A stretch of DNA of 39,103 nucleotides from Candidatus Hydrogenedentota bacterium (GCA_046583315.1 JAYGCN010000116.1:1-39103); one strand, 5' to 3'; numbered from the stretch's first letter, positions 26,075 to 35,529 are shown. Notes: a model not told the origin generated them from the sequence alone. Made by a program: numbers and translations.

Positions 26075-26560
26075 ATGAAAACGTCATCGAAAATATCATC
26101 CGGATTCACGCTCATCGAGTTGATGATCGTGATTGCCATCATCGCAATAATCGCGGCGATTGCCATTCCGAATATGATCCGTGCGCGGATGGCAGCCAAC
26201 GAAGCGAATGCTATCGGTGGGTTGAGGACGATTTCGACCGGTGAAATTCAATACCGTGCCGCAATGGAAGGACCGTTGGTTGGGGGCGTTGCTCCTTTCG
26301 GGACCCTTTCAGCGCTTGGGTCAACAGCGCCTCCATTTTTGGATGCGCTGTTGGGCCAAAATAATGCGATCAAATCCGGGTATCAGTACAATGTAGTGGT
26401 GGTAGCACCGGCACCTGCGAATCCTCCGGCCTTCGGAGCCACGGCAGGCCGTTTGGGGCCTCGTTCGGGGTCTCGGTCGTTTTTTGTGGATGAGTCAGGG
26501 GTTGTGACAGGGGTTATTGGGAACGGTCCGGCTACAGCAACGGACGACCCTATCAGCTAG
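26075..26560 (+). CDS. Type IV pilin paralog 2
   Basis: SG|FTLIELMIVIAIIAIIAAIAIP; collinear with pilin 1 (PPFLDA.LGQ, K.GY, SGSRSFFVDESG). No SD upstream. Confidence 0.9.
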   Translation: MKTSSKISSGFTLIELMIVIAIIAIIAAIAIPNMIRARMAANEANAIGGLRTISTGEIQYRAAMEGPLVGGVAPFGTLSALGSTAPPFLDALLGQNNAIKSGYQYNVVVVAPAPANPPAFGATAGRLGPRSGSRSFFVDESGVVTGVIGNGPATATDDPIS

Positions 26561-26611
26561 GGTGTTTTACTCGTAAAGTTTTTGACACAGCCTACGTCAG
26601 GAGATCAGAAA

Positions 26612-27091
26612 ATGGAAGTGGGTCGTCGGTCCGGGTTTACGCTCATCGAGTTGATGATCGTGATTGCCATCATCGCAATAATCGCGGCAATTGCAATACC
26701 CAACATGCTGCGCGCGCGATTGTCTGCGCAGGAGGCTTCTGCGGTAGCGACGCTTCGCACGATCTCATCAGCTCAAGTGGCCGCACAGGCGCAGGTATTG
26801 TTCCCCGATTCGACGACAATGATTGGGCTTTACGGAAGCTTCACCGAGTTTGCAGGTGTCGATGACCCGAAACCGCTTGATGACCTCATCACCAATCCGC
26901 CACACATTAAATCCGGATATGAATTTTCGATGACATTCGTTGGTCAGACGCAGAATGAACCTAACTACCAGGCCTTTGCAGCACCTCTTACGCCTGGCAC
27001 AAGTCCACGGAATTTCTATACGGATGCTTCGGGCGTGATTCGGTATACGACGGACGGCTCAGTACCCAATTCGAACTCTCAATCGATCTAA
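26612..27091 (+). CDS. Type IV pilin paralog 3
   Basis: RRSG|FTLIELMIVIAIIAIIAAIAIP; KSGY, RNFYTDASGVIR. SD AGGAG. Confidence 0.9.
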   Translation: MEVGRRSGFTLIELMIVIAIIAIIAAIAIPNMLRARLSAQEASAVATLRTISSAQVAAQAQVLFPDSTTMIGLYGSFTEFAGVDDPKPLDDLITNPPHIKSGYEFSMTFVGQTQNEPNYQAFAAPLTPGTSPRNFYTDASGVIRYTTDGSVPNSNSQSI

Positions 27092-27117
27092 ACGATTTCT
27101 GAGTATCGGCTTTTTAT

Positions 27118-28761
27118 TTAGCGGAGCGTTACCAGTGAGCCGTCGTACTCGACCGGAGCTTCGAATCCCAATAGTGTGCAGATGGTTGCGGCAATGTTTG
27201 CCAGTCCCGGTGTGTGGGTGCTCACCTCTTCGTCCAGTTTGAATTGCTTGTGGCCGCTGTAGTCTTTGATGATGCAGGGCACGGGGTTGAGGGTGTGGGC
27301 GACCATGGGGGCGCGATCTCCGTCTTTTTCGGTGAACATGAGGTCGGCGTTTCCGTGATCTGCCAGGATGACCGCAATCCCCCCCGCAGCTTCGAGTGCT
27401 TCGAGGAGACGGCTCAATCCGTGGTCGACTACTTCGACGGAGATGCGAATGGCAGCGGGAACGCCGGTGTGGCCGACCATGTCGCCGTTGGGATAATTCA
27501 GACGGATAAACTTCACCTCGCCTTTCTGGATCACGTCGATGACGGCATCGGTGATTTCGGCTGCTTTCATCCAGGGACGTTGGTCGAAGGGCAGGTTGTC
27601 GGAGGGAATCTCGACATATTTCTCCAGTGATTCGTCGATGTAGCCCGAACTGTTGCCATTCCAGAAATAGGTGACGTGCCCGTATTTTTGTGTCTCGGAG
27701 ATGGCGTAGGAGGTGATGCCGCTGCCGCACAAATAGTGCCCGAGCACCCCGTCGACGCGCGCGGGTTCCAGCAGAAAATTCGCGGGCAAGTTTAGATCGC
27801 CGTCGTATTGGATGAGGCCGGCGTAGAAGACATCCGGTTTGCGGACGCGATCAAATTGTTCAAGGGTTTCGGATTCGAAGGCGATGGACATTTCCATGGC
27901 GCGATCCCCGCGGAAGTTGAAGAAGATGACCGCGTCGCCGTCTTCGATGGTGCCGATGGGTTGAGCGTTTTCCGCGATAACGAAGCTTTCCAGATACTGG
28001 TCGGTGACTTTCGGGTTCTCTGCGTACATGGTTTCTACGGCTTCAGTGGCGGTTGCGAATTGGCGACCTTGCCCGAGCACGTGGGTCTGCCAGCCTTTCT
28101 CCACCATGGCCCAATCGGCGTTGTAGCGATCCATTGTGACGAGCATGCGTCCGCCACCGGAGGCGATTCGGTAATCATTGCCGCTGGCGTTGTACGTGAC
28201 GAGGACTTCTTCGAGTCGGGCGATGTATTGGCATGCTGAGCGTTCTTGAACGTCTCGACCGTCCAGTAGAATATGGATGCGCATGCGTTGAGCGCCGTCT
28301 TGTGCCGCGCGGTTCACCATGGCGATGACCTGGTCGATGTGGCTGTGTACGTTGCCGTCGGAAAGCAGGCCCATCAGGTGGAGTGTGCCGCCGTTGGCCG
28401 TTCGTTCGATGGATTTTTTCCACGCGGAGCCTTCGAACAACGCTCCGGATCGGATGGCTTCATTGACGCGTTTGGCCCCCTGTGCAAAGACGCGTCCTGC
28501 GCCGAGCGTGTTGTGTCCGACCTCGGAATTGCCCATGTCGTCGTCGGTGGGCATGCCTACGGCTTCTCCGTGGGTCTTGAGTTCACAGTAGAGCGGTTCC
28601 TCGGCGATGAGTTGGTCAAGTACGGGGGTGTAGGCCAGATGTACTCCGTCGGAGGCATCTTTTTTGCCGAGACCGACTCCATCCATGACGATACACACGA
28701 CGGGTCCGTGAAGGGGCTTATGGTTGGCGAGGGGTTTCAGCGTGTAGGCAGAAGACGACAT
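27118..28761 (-). CDS. gpmI: 2,3-bisphosphoglycerate-independent phosphoglycerate mutase
   Basis: MDGVG, MGNSEVGH, LSDGNVHSH, DGRD, MDRY, FNFRGDR, ETQKYGHVTYF, NGDMVGHTG, ADHGN. Confidence 0.97.
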   Translation of the reverse strand: MSSSAYTLKPLANHKPLHGPVVCIVMDGVGLGKKDASDGVHLAYTPVLDQLIAEEPLYCELKTHGEAVGMPTDDDMGNSEVGHNTLGAGRVFAQGAKRVNEAIRSGALFEGSAWKKSIERTANGGTLHLMGLLSDGNVHSHIDQVIAMVNRAAQDGAQRMRIHILLDGRDVQERSACQYIARLEEVLVTYNASGNDYRIASGGGRMLVTMDRYNADWAMVEKGWQTHVLGQGRQFATATEAVETMYAENPKVTDQYLESFVIAENAQPIGTIEDGDAVIFFNFRGDRAMEMSIAFESETLEQFDRVRKPDVFYAGLIQYDGDLNLPANFLLEPARVDGVLGHYLCGSGITSYAISETQKYGHVTYFWNGNSSGYIDESLEKYVEIPSDNLPFDQRPWMKAAEITDAVIDVIQKGEVKFIRLNYPNGDMVGHTGVPAAIRISVEVVDHGLSRLLEALEAAGGIAVILADHGNADLMFTEKDGDRAPMVAHTLNPVPCIIKDYSGHKQFKLDEEVSTHTPGLANIAATICTLLGFEAPVEYDGSLVTLR

Positions 28762-28791
28762 GCGTCATTCACTTTCGGTGTTGAAGTGCGA

Positions 28792-29580
28792 CTACGGTTT
28801 TGGCGTTTGTGTCGGTGTCGCTTCGAAAAGCAATACGGTAGACAGCGCCCTGGGCCAGATGCGTGCATCGAGCCATGCCGCGCCAGTATAACAAATATTG
28901 CCCCACTTGATGAAGGGCTCAAGCTTGAAGAACCATGACGAGGAGGGGGCATCGGTGGCTTCTTTACTACCGGTGAGCGCGATAACGACTGAAAATAGTC
29001 GCACGACTGACCACATGGTTATTTTTTCCAGAGGGCCGAGTACTTTTTGGATACGGTGAAGCTCAAGTCCGCCCGATTCCATTTTTTCGCGCATCTCGTC
29101 GATTTCATAGCGGCGAAAATGAGCCACGAAGGCGTCATCTGATGCGAAATAGAACTGGCGATGCGGTACGGTCACGTAAGCGGTGCCGTCTTCTTTAAGC
29201 ACGCGCCCCATTTCAGCGATGGCCACATGGTCGTGTTCAACATGTTCGAGGACTTCTGAGCAGACGACGTAATCGACACCGGCATCGCGGAATGGGAGTT
29301 TGGTGCCGTCCGCTACGACGTAGTAGCCCCGGTCTTTGTTTAGGCGTTTGAGCGTTTGTAACGCGCGATACGAGAGTTCGGAGTAAATGATATCGTCGCG
29401 ATCGGTGACAATGGGTGACAGCCCGCTCCCGACTTCGAGGATCAAACCCGGGGGCTGTTCGGCGAGCCGACCGTTGATGGCCATGCGACGCAGGCGATAG
29501 TTGTACAGGTGATTTTTCACGGCGATGTAGCGATCTTCCATGAAAAAATCTTCGAATCGTTCTTCGTTTGAATGGCGCAT
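28792..29580 (-). CDS. Class I SAM-dependent methyltransferase
   Basis: ILEVGSG, VADGTKLPF, VVCSEVLEHV, RVLK, TVP, HFRRY. Confidence 0.88.
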   Translation of the reverse strand: MRHSNEERFEDFFMEDRYIAVKNHLYNYRLRRMAINGRLAEQPPGLILEVGSGLSPIVTDRDDIIYSELSYRALQTLKRLNKDRGYYVVADGTKLPFRDAGVDYVVCSEVLEHVEHDHVAIAEMGRVLKEDGTAYVTVPHRQFYFASDDAFVAHFRRYEIDEMREKMESGGLELHRIQKVLGPLEKITMWSVVRLFSVVIALTGSKEATDAPSSSWFFKLEPFIKWGNICYTGAAWLDARIWPRALSTVLLFEATPTQTPKP

Positions 29581-29585
29581 ACTAA

Positions 29586-30344
29586 TTACTCGATGATTGC
29601 GGGGAAACGTTTTAGGGAGATGAGGCCGATTTTCGCGAGGCGAAAGCTCAGGGAGGTAGCCAGACAGCCGAAACCGTAGATGATGCTTCGGCGCAGGTTA
29701 ATGCTGGAGGCTTCGGCGAAATATTTGGTGGGGCAGGATACCTCCGCGATGATGTAGTCCCACCAGAGCACCTGGGCCAGCATTTGGTTGTCGAATACGA
29801 AGTCGTCCGAATTGTGTTCGAGATGGAGGCTTTCGAGCAATTCCCTTGAGAAGGCGCGGTATCCGGTGTGGTATTCCGATAGTTTCGCGCCCATCATGAC
29901 GTTTTCGAAAAAGGTTAGGCCCCGGTTCGCGATGTATTTCCAAAGGGGCATTCCGCTGCGCACCGCGTGCCCACCCAGGATGCGTGAGCCGAGCACACAG
30001 TGGAACAGGCCGTTGCCTATCATGGAGGACATGGCGGGGATGAGCTGCGGCGTGTATTGGTAATCGGGGTGCACCATGATGACAATGTCCGCGTCCATTT
30101 CCAATGCGAGGCGATAACAAGATTTTTGGTTGCCGCCGTAGCCCGTGTTTTTTTCGTGGGTATATACGGTAGTGTGGGGAAGTTCGGCCGCGATGGCACT
30201 CGTGTTGTCCGAGCTGCAGTCGTCCACGACGATGACGTGATCGACGATGCCTTCTTGGTCCATGACTTCGTGATAGGTGCGTTCAAGCGTTTCAGCGGCG
30301 TTGTACGCCGGCATGACGACGACGACTTTCTTATTCTTGTACAT
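29586..30344 (-). CDS. GT2 glycosyltransferase (DPM1 / polyprenol-phosphate glycosyltransferase-like)
   Basis: VVVMPAYNA, VVDDCSSD, NTGYGGNQK, HPDYQY, LGSR, EYHTGYRAFS. Confidence 0.92.
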   Translation of the reverse strand: MYKNKKVVVVMPAYNAAETLERTYHEVMDQEGIVDHVIVVDDCSSDNTSAIAAELPHTTVYTHEKNTGYGGNQKSCYRLALEMDADIVIMVHPDYQYTPQLIPAMSSMIGNGLFHCVLGSRILGGHAVRSGMPLWKYIANRGLTFFENVMMGAKLSEYHTGYRAFSRELLESLHLEHNSDDFVFDNQMLAQVLWWDYIIAEVSCPTKYFAEASSINLRRSIIYGFGCLATSLSFRLAKIGLISLKRFPAIIE

Positions 30345-32598
30345 GAGTCTCGCTTTTGGAAAGGTTGAGCAGATCGGTCAGACGAATGAGCGGCGGCTCG
30401 ATTCGTTTAATTTTCCAATCGCCATTAAAGTCTTCATAAAAAGTAAATCGGAGCAGTGCCGTTTCGAGCGGCGGCAACGATTGGATCGGAATCGCAACCA
30501 ATGCCGGATCTTTGGGGCGAGTCACCATGCGGAAATAGGCGGTCGCAATCAGTTCGCCGGAGAATTCGAAGTCGTTGTTTTCCCACTCGTAGACCTGATG
30601 CGGTACGGCGGCAATCGAGTGGGAATTCATAAACGCCCGGAGTAAATTGCCCAAGCCCTGGCGATTCGAGCCCTCGGCATCGGAAAAGTCTTCCGTGAAC
30701 AGGCTCATGGCCTCGTCGACCCGGCCTTCCTGCAATGCATTGGCTAGTTCGTGCAAGGTCGTTTCGGTAGCGCCATAGGCGACGACCACGTGTTCTTCGA
30801 TGTCATCGGGTATGCGTGACCAGCTCTGTCTTTCGGGAAGCTCGGAGATGTCAGATACGCCGAATCCGTTTACCGTACGCCCGCGCATGGTGTAAGGCTC
30901 TACGAAGGCGAATCCGTCGACCCGACTTTCCACGCCGCTGGTCATGAGGTAGTCTCCGAAGTTGACAACGCCGGACTGTGGGGCCTGCTCATTGGTGACG
31001 GCGGTGACCGAGTAGGCCACGGAACTACCGGGCGCGATGTTTTCATCGATGTAGTTACGGGTATCGATGCCACCGGCGATTTCGATGAAGTCATCGGGGC
31101 GAAGCGTGTCCAGTTCGGGCTCTTCAATTCGATAGACGGAGTAAGAAAGGTCGCCTTCGCGGAAGGGCCACGCGATGGTGACTTTAGAGCCCTCTCGTGT
31201 AGCGGTGATGTCGTGTAAGGGTGCAGGCGCATTGGGCAGCGTATAGGCTTGGGCTTCGTAGAGATTCTCCTGCGTGTGTACGACGAATTGGGCGCGACCG
31301 ACTTTCTGCACGAAAGCACCATTGCCGACGGCCGCGGGATAGTGATCGGCGAGTCGTTCACGCCACGATGCGACATCGAGCACGGCACCGGGTGTAAACA
31401 CTTCCTTGAAGGAAAAAAGAGTATCTTCTGGCGCGTTGGGACTCAGAATGGGAATCCAATAATGCGTACCTGAATTCGGAGTCCATTCCGGATTGGGATT
31501 GTCTGGCGACACGTTGTAGGCGGCCTGCATTAAAGTTCCGTCGTGGAAAACGGGGTCGAGGTCGGCCAGATTGGCTTCAAATTCGGACCAGGTTGTCGAG
31601 GCATTGAGGCGATAGGCGACGGCGGCTTTACGCGCGACCAAATCTTTGCGAGCGATGTATCCACGCCGGACCAATTCAACCAGGGTCGGGGCGATCACTT
31701 GCGCCCAGTATCGGCTCTGCATGCCGGCCCACAGCTCGTTGGGCTCGTGAAACCAGTAGGTTGAAGCCCCTGTCATGGCCCCATTGAGAATCCAGGCACG
31801 GTAGAGTGCTGGTGGCATGGCACCGCTGAGCACGTTGAACCCGAGACGCCCGGGTGCTACGAATCCGGCCTGTGTGTAGGCGGCGGAATCGAGTGCCACA
31901 CCCCAATTTCCGATGGCGCCTTCGAGCCATAACCCCATCAGCGCTGAATTGCCGCTTAACGTGTGGTAGTCCCCTTGGCGGTAGGTGAATATGATCTTAT
32001 CGGTATGTTTCGTCATCGTCTGATAGAGAGCTCGATATCGGGGGTGACTCATCAGGATGAGCGGGTTGAGCCCATCCAATTCGACGATCAATTTAACGTT
32101 GCTCTTGCTGACGATATTGATAATGCCTTCTAACCAGAGTTGCAGGGGATCGACCGACAGAATTGAAAGGTCGCCTGCATCCAGGTCCGCATCGAACTGA
32201 ATACGCTCGACGTGAATAGCCTTGATGTTGGGGTACGTTGCGAGCAGTCCATTGACGGCTTCGAACATAAGAAATTCTTTGGTCGGTCCGAAGGCGATTG
32301 TCGGCACTACGGGAACGGCACTGGTTTTTAATCCGTCAAGTGTGGCGATCAACCGTGCGACGCGGTCGTCCAAGGGGACGGATCGATGCGGAATGCTGAT
32401 GGCCGCGTGTCCCTGAAAAAATTCGGGGAGCGCGGTCCACGCATCTGTAATGGAACCCACGTAGGCTTCGGCGGTGTCCACTACGGGAACCGGTGCCGGG
32501 AATACGAATAGCGGGTCTTCGTGGGAAACGTCAAGTGCCTGGGCCGAGCCGATCAGGGTCAAACCGATGAGCCAGGAACGTAACAAATTTCTCAACAC
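30331..32598 (-). CDS. Secreted multidomain protein: GH98-like region, beta-sandwich, C-terminal NTF2/SnoaL-like domain (tentative)
   Basis: Signal peptide after GTG 32598 (SD GAAAGGGG). GLWLEG...WGVALDS, GASTYWFHEP and SG.HYWIPI recall GH98 sequences. The C-terminal AMSLFTEDF...WKI pattern is NTF2-like. Recognition is by eye only. Confidence 0.55.
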   Translation of the reverse strand: MLRNLLRSWLIGLTLIGSAQALDVSHEDPLFVFPAPVPVVDTAEAYVGSITDAWTALPEFFQGHAAISIPHRSVPLDDRVARLIATLDGLKTSAVPVVPTIAFGPTKEFLMFEAVNGLLATYPNIKAIHVERIQFDADLDAGDLSILSVDPLQLWLEGIINIVSKSNVKLIVELDGLNPLILMSHPRYRALYQTMTKHTDKIIFTYRQGDYHTLSGNSALMGLWLEGAIGNWGVALDSAAYTQAGFVAPGRLGFNVLSGAMPPALYRAWILNGAMTGASTYWFHEPNELWAGMQSRYWAQVIAPTLVELVRRGYIARKDLVARKAAVAYRLNASTTWSEFEANLADLDPVFHDGTLMQAAYNVSPDNPNPEWTPNSGTHYWIPILSPNAPEDTLFSFKEVFTPGAVLDVASWRERLADHYPAAVGNGAFVQKVGRAQFVVHTQENLYEAQAYTLPNAPAPLHDITATREGSKVTIAWPFREGDLSYSVYRIEEPELDTLRPDDFIEIAGGIDTRNYIDENIAPGSSVAYSVTAVTNEQAPQSGVVNFGDYLMTSGVESRVDGFAFVEPYTMRGRTVNGFGVSDISELPERQSWSRIPDDIEEHVVVAYGATETTLHELANALQEGRVDEAMSLFTEDFSDAEGSNRQGLGNLLRAFMNSHSIAAVPHQVYEWENNDFEFSGELIATAYFRMVTRPKDPALVAIPIQSLPPLETALLRFTFYEDFNGDWKIKRIEPPLIRLTDLLNLSKSETHVQE

Positions 32599-32775
32599 GG
32601 TGACCCCTTTCAGGTAGTCCGGACGACTGGAAAGCGTCAATTGTATGCTAAGGAACGCGAATCATGCAAAAAGGAACGAAGACGCTTCGTTGTGCAAGCC
32701 GAAGAATCGCTTGATTTTGATTTGATTCTCTGATTAAATCACTTCTTTGTATTCGTTGGGGTTGGCAACGCGTGC

Positions 32776-34143
32776 GTGACGCATGTCATCTACACCAAAC
32801 ATCAGATTTGCACGAAGGAGTTCATCATCGAAGCCAGGACCGAAGCATACAGACTTGTTAAACGAGGAATCGCGGGTATCGCGATAACCGTAATTGCCGC
32901 AGGATGTGCCACCACCGACCGATCCCAGATATTGGTGGAGGGGAAAAAGGGCAAGCAGTGGTATAAGGGCAATACCCACACCCATACCCTCTGGAGCGAT
33001 GGTGATGCGGCGCCGGAATGGGCTGTGTCCTGGTATAAAGAGCACGGATATGACTTTTTGTCCATTACGGACCACAATATTGTGCTTCATGGCGAAAAGA
33101 CCGTAGCGATTTCTGCGGACTCCAAGGTGACTCCGGAACGATTGGAGCAACTTCACGATAAATTCGGACACGATCACGTCGAAGTGACCCCAGGGAAAAA
33201 CGGGGGTGAGGTGATGCACCTCAAGACCTTGGAAGAATTGCGCGACAGATTTGAGGAGCGCGGCTCGTTTTTGCTGGTCGAAGGTGAAGAGATTACCGGC
33301 AGAACCCACGTCAACGGAATCAACATTCGAAAACGAATCCGGCAATCGAAGGCGGACGATAATGTTGTGTCCATGCGCGAACAGATCGATGCGGTGAACG
33401 AGCAGAGTGACGAATTGAGTGTTCCCATGTTTGCACACATTGATCACCCCAACTGGAGTAGAGCCATTTCGGCGGAAGACATTCTTCAAGTGCCCCAAGG
33501 CCGTTACTTTGAGGTGTTTAACGGTCATGGGGGTGTGCGGAATTGGGGTAGCGAGAAATTGCGCATTCCGGATACAGACAAGAAGTGGGACATTATTCTT
33601 GCGCACCGAATCGCTTCGGATCCCGACGCGATGATGTATGGGGTTGCCACAGACGACACGCATACGTATTTCGTAAGCGGCGCGGGGCATCAGATTCCGG
33701 GTCGCGGTTGGAGTATGGTTTTGGCCAAGCGCTTAACGGCGAAGAGTTTGGTGCGAGCCTACCTGCGCGGTGATTTCTATTCGAGTGCCGGTGTTACGTT
33801 GAGTCGTATCGAATGGGACGATTCTTCCTTCACCGTTGAGCCAGAAACCGAATCCGGGGTCGGGTACACAACACAGTTTATCGGTACCCGCAAAGGGTTT
33901 GACACTGAATCGAGCCCGGCACTGGACGACGACGGCAATCCGATGCCAAATCGCACGCGCTTGTATAGCGATGACATAGGCGAAATTCTGTATGAAACGA
34001 CGGACGTGCCGGCAGTGTACAAATTTCAGGGAAACGAGCTTTATGTTCGAGCCAAAATCGTGTCCACCAAGCTAAAAGATCAGCCATATCAGGAGGGTGA
34101 TGTCGAGGTTGCCTGGACGCAACCGGTTGTTCCTGGCCAGTAA
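32776..34143 (+). CDS. PHP-like metal-dependent hydrolase, probable lipoprotein
   Basis: WYKGNTHTHTLWSDG, YDFLSITDHN, GEEIT, HVNGIN, DHPNW, EVFNGH, ATDDTH; lipobox IAAGC. Start uncertain. Confidence 0.82.
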   Translation: MTHVIYTKHQICTKEFIIEARTEAYRLVKRGIAGIAITVIAAGCATTDRSQILVEGKKGKQWYKGNTHTHTLWSDGDAAPEWAVSWYKEHGYDFLSITDHNIVLHGEKTVAISADSKVTPERLEQLHDKFGHDHVEVTPGKNGGEVMHLKTLEELRDRFEERGSFLLVEGEEITGRTHVNGINIRKRIRQSKADDNVVSMREQIDAVNEQSDELSVPMFAHIDHPNWSRAISAEDILQVPQGRYFEVFNGHGGVRNWGSEKLRIPDTDKKWDIILAHRIASDPDAMMYGVATDDTHTYFVSGAGHQIPGRGWSMVLAKRLTAKSLVRAYLRGDFYSSAGVTLSRIEWDDSSFTVEPETESGVGYTTQFIGTRKGFDTESSPALDDDGNPMPNRTRLYSDDIGEILYETTDVPAVYKFQGNELYVRAKIVSTKLKDQPYQEGDVEVAWTQPVVPGQ

Positions 34144-34342
34144 CAAGTGGAAAAAACTCCCAAATTGCGTATATCCCGCAAGATATAGCACAATATCTCG
34201 TTTGTAGACACTTCGAACAAGGTGTTGGGTAAATAATGTGATAGATGACACTGGATTTAAGTTCTGGTGTTTACTATAGTAACTCTTTTGAGAATTGGAA
34301 CTGCGCGATCACCGCGTGGCCGAACAAAGCAGGAGATCAATC

Positions 34343-35266
34343 GTGTATCAAGTTTTTACATCTAAAGCAAAATGGGTAGCCGCAGCCGCTATTGCTGCAC
34401 TGGTTACGCCGATGGGTGCCGCTATGGCCGCACCTTCCGTTGATGACATCATCGCCAAGCACGTTGATGCCACCGGCGGTAAAGATGGGTACGCCGCTGT
34501 GAAATCATCAGTGAGTAATGGACAGTTCTTGCTCATCGATATGGGAATGAGCGCGACATTGACTTCCCATACCAAGGGCGCGAACTACAAACAAACCATC
34601 TCCGTAGAAGGCATGGGAGAAATCACACAGGGCATTACCGATGGTGTTGTGTGGCAGTTGCACTTCATGGAAGGCGACAGCATCCTTGAAGGCGATGCTG
34701 CCGATGCAGTGGTTCGTCAGGCTGACTTGAACGCCTGGGGAAACTGGAAGAACTACTTCGCCTCTGCTGAAGTGGCTGGCGAAGAAGATGGCGATTACAA
34801 GGTTGTATTCAAGGCCAAAGGCGACGGCGGAGATTCCACCGCATACTTTGACAAGGAAACCGGACTGCTGGACAAACTGGAATCAGCGGGTCCAGACGGA
34901 TCGCCTGCAATCATGACGTTCAGTGACTACAAAGACGTCGGCGGAATTTCGCTTGCGCACAAAACTGAAATTGAAAGCGGCATGAATATTGAAATGCTCG
35001 TTGACTCTGTAGAACTCAACGGTGACATTTCGGATGACGTTTTCGCGTTGCCCGAAGTGATCCAAACTCTGATTCCCGCTGAAGAAGAAGGCATCACGGC
35101 AGCAGGAATCATGGACATGATGGATGCTGACGGCGATGGCAAAATCACCATGGAAGAGGCACCTGAGCAGTTGCAGGGCAGCTTCGCTATGGTTGACCTC
35201 AATGGCGACGAAGGTATTGACGTTGAAGAAGCACAGCTCATCGCTGACTTCATGAACAACCAATAG
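34343..35266 (+). CDS. Exported protein with a LolA-like/beta-rich domain and two C-terminal EF-hands
   Basis: SD AGGAG before GTG 34343; signal peptide ending AMA; IIAKHVDATGG, YFDKETGLL and FSDYKDVGG motifs; EF-hand loops DADGDGKITMEE and DLNGDEGIDVEE. Confidence 0.75.
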   Translation: MYQVFTSKAKWVAAAAIAALVTPMGAAMAAPSVDDIIAKHVDATGGKDGYAAVKSSVSNGQFLLIDMGMSATLTSHTKGANYKQTISVEGMGEITQGITDGVVWQLHFMEGDSILEGDAADAVVRQADLNAWGNWKNYFASAEVAGEEDGDYKVVFKAKGDGGDSTAYFDKETGLLDKLESAGPDGSPAIMTFSDYKDVGGISLAHKTEIESGMNIEMLVDSVELNGDISDDVFALPEVIQTLIPAEEEGITAAGIMDMMDADGDGKITMEEAPEQLQGSFAMVDLNGDEGIDVEEAQLIADFMNNQ

Positions 35267-35288
35267 GTCGTTTTTAGACAGAACTATC

Positions 35289-35328
35289 AGCCCCCCGGGA
35301 CGCGAAAATTCGTTTCGGGGGGCTTTTT
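35289..35328 (+). terminator. Intrinsic terminator
   Basis: agcccccc...ggggggct stem followed by tttt. Confidence 0.85.
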
Positions 35329-35500
35329 CGTTCGTCGCTCCGGCTTTTGGGTACACGGCCTTCACTATGGGTTGATTTTCACCTAGTCCTGCTGGTGTCA
35401 TAAATCGCTATATAGTAAAGAGTTATGGTGTGTCGGTCATTTATGCCCCGGAAGTGATCAAAAAACTTGCTCAAAGTCACCAAATATTTCGGTTTGGGCG

Positions 35501-35529
35501 TTGACATCAGGGTGTTCGTTTGGTATGAT
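35501..35529 (+). promoter_or_regulatory. Strong sigma70 promoter of the str operon
   Basis: TTGACA, 17-bp spacer, TATGAT, with a TG extension at 35521-35522. Confidence 0.88.

Noticed and set aside
32734..33690. 318-aa antisense ORF
   Set aside because: Shadow of the PHP-like hydrolase, which has clear metal-binding motifs.
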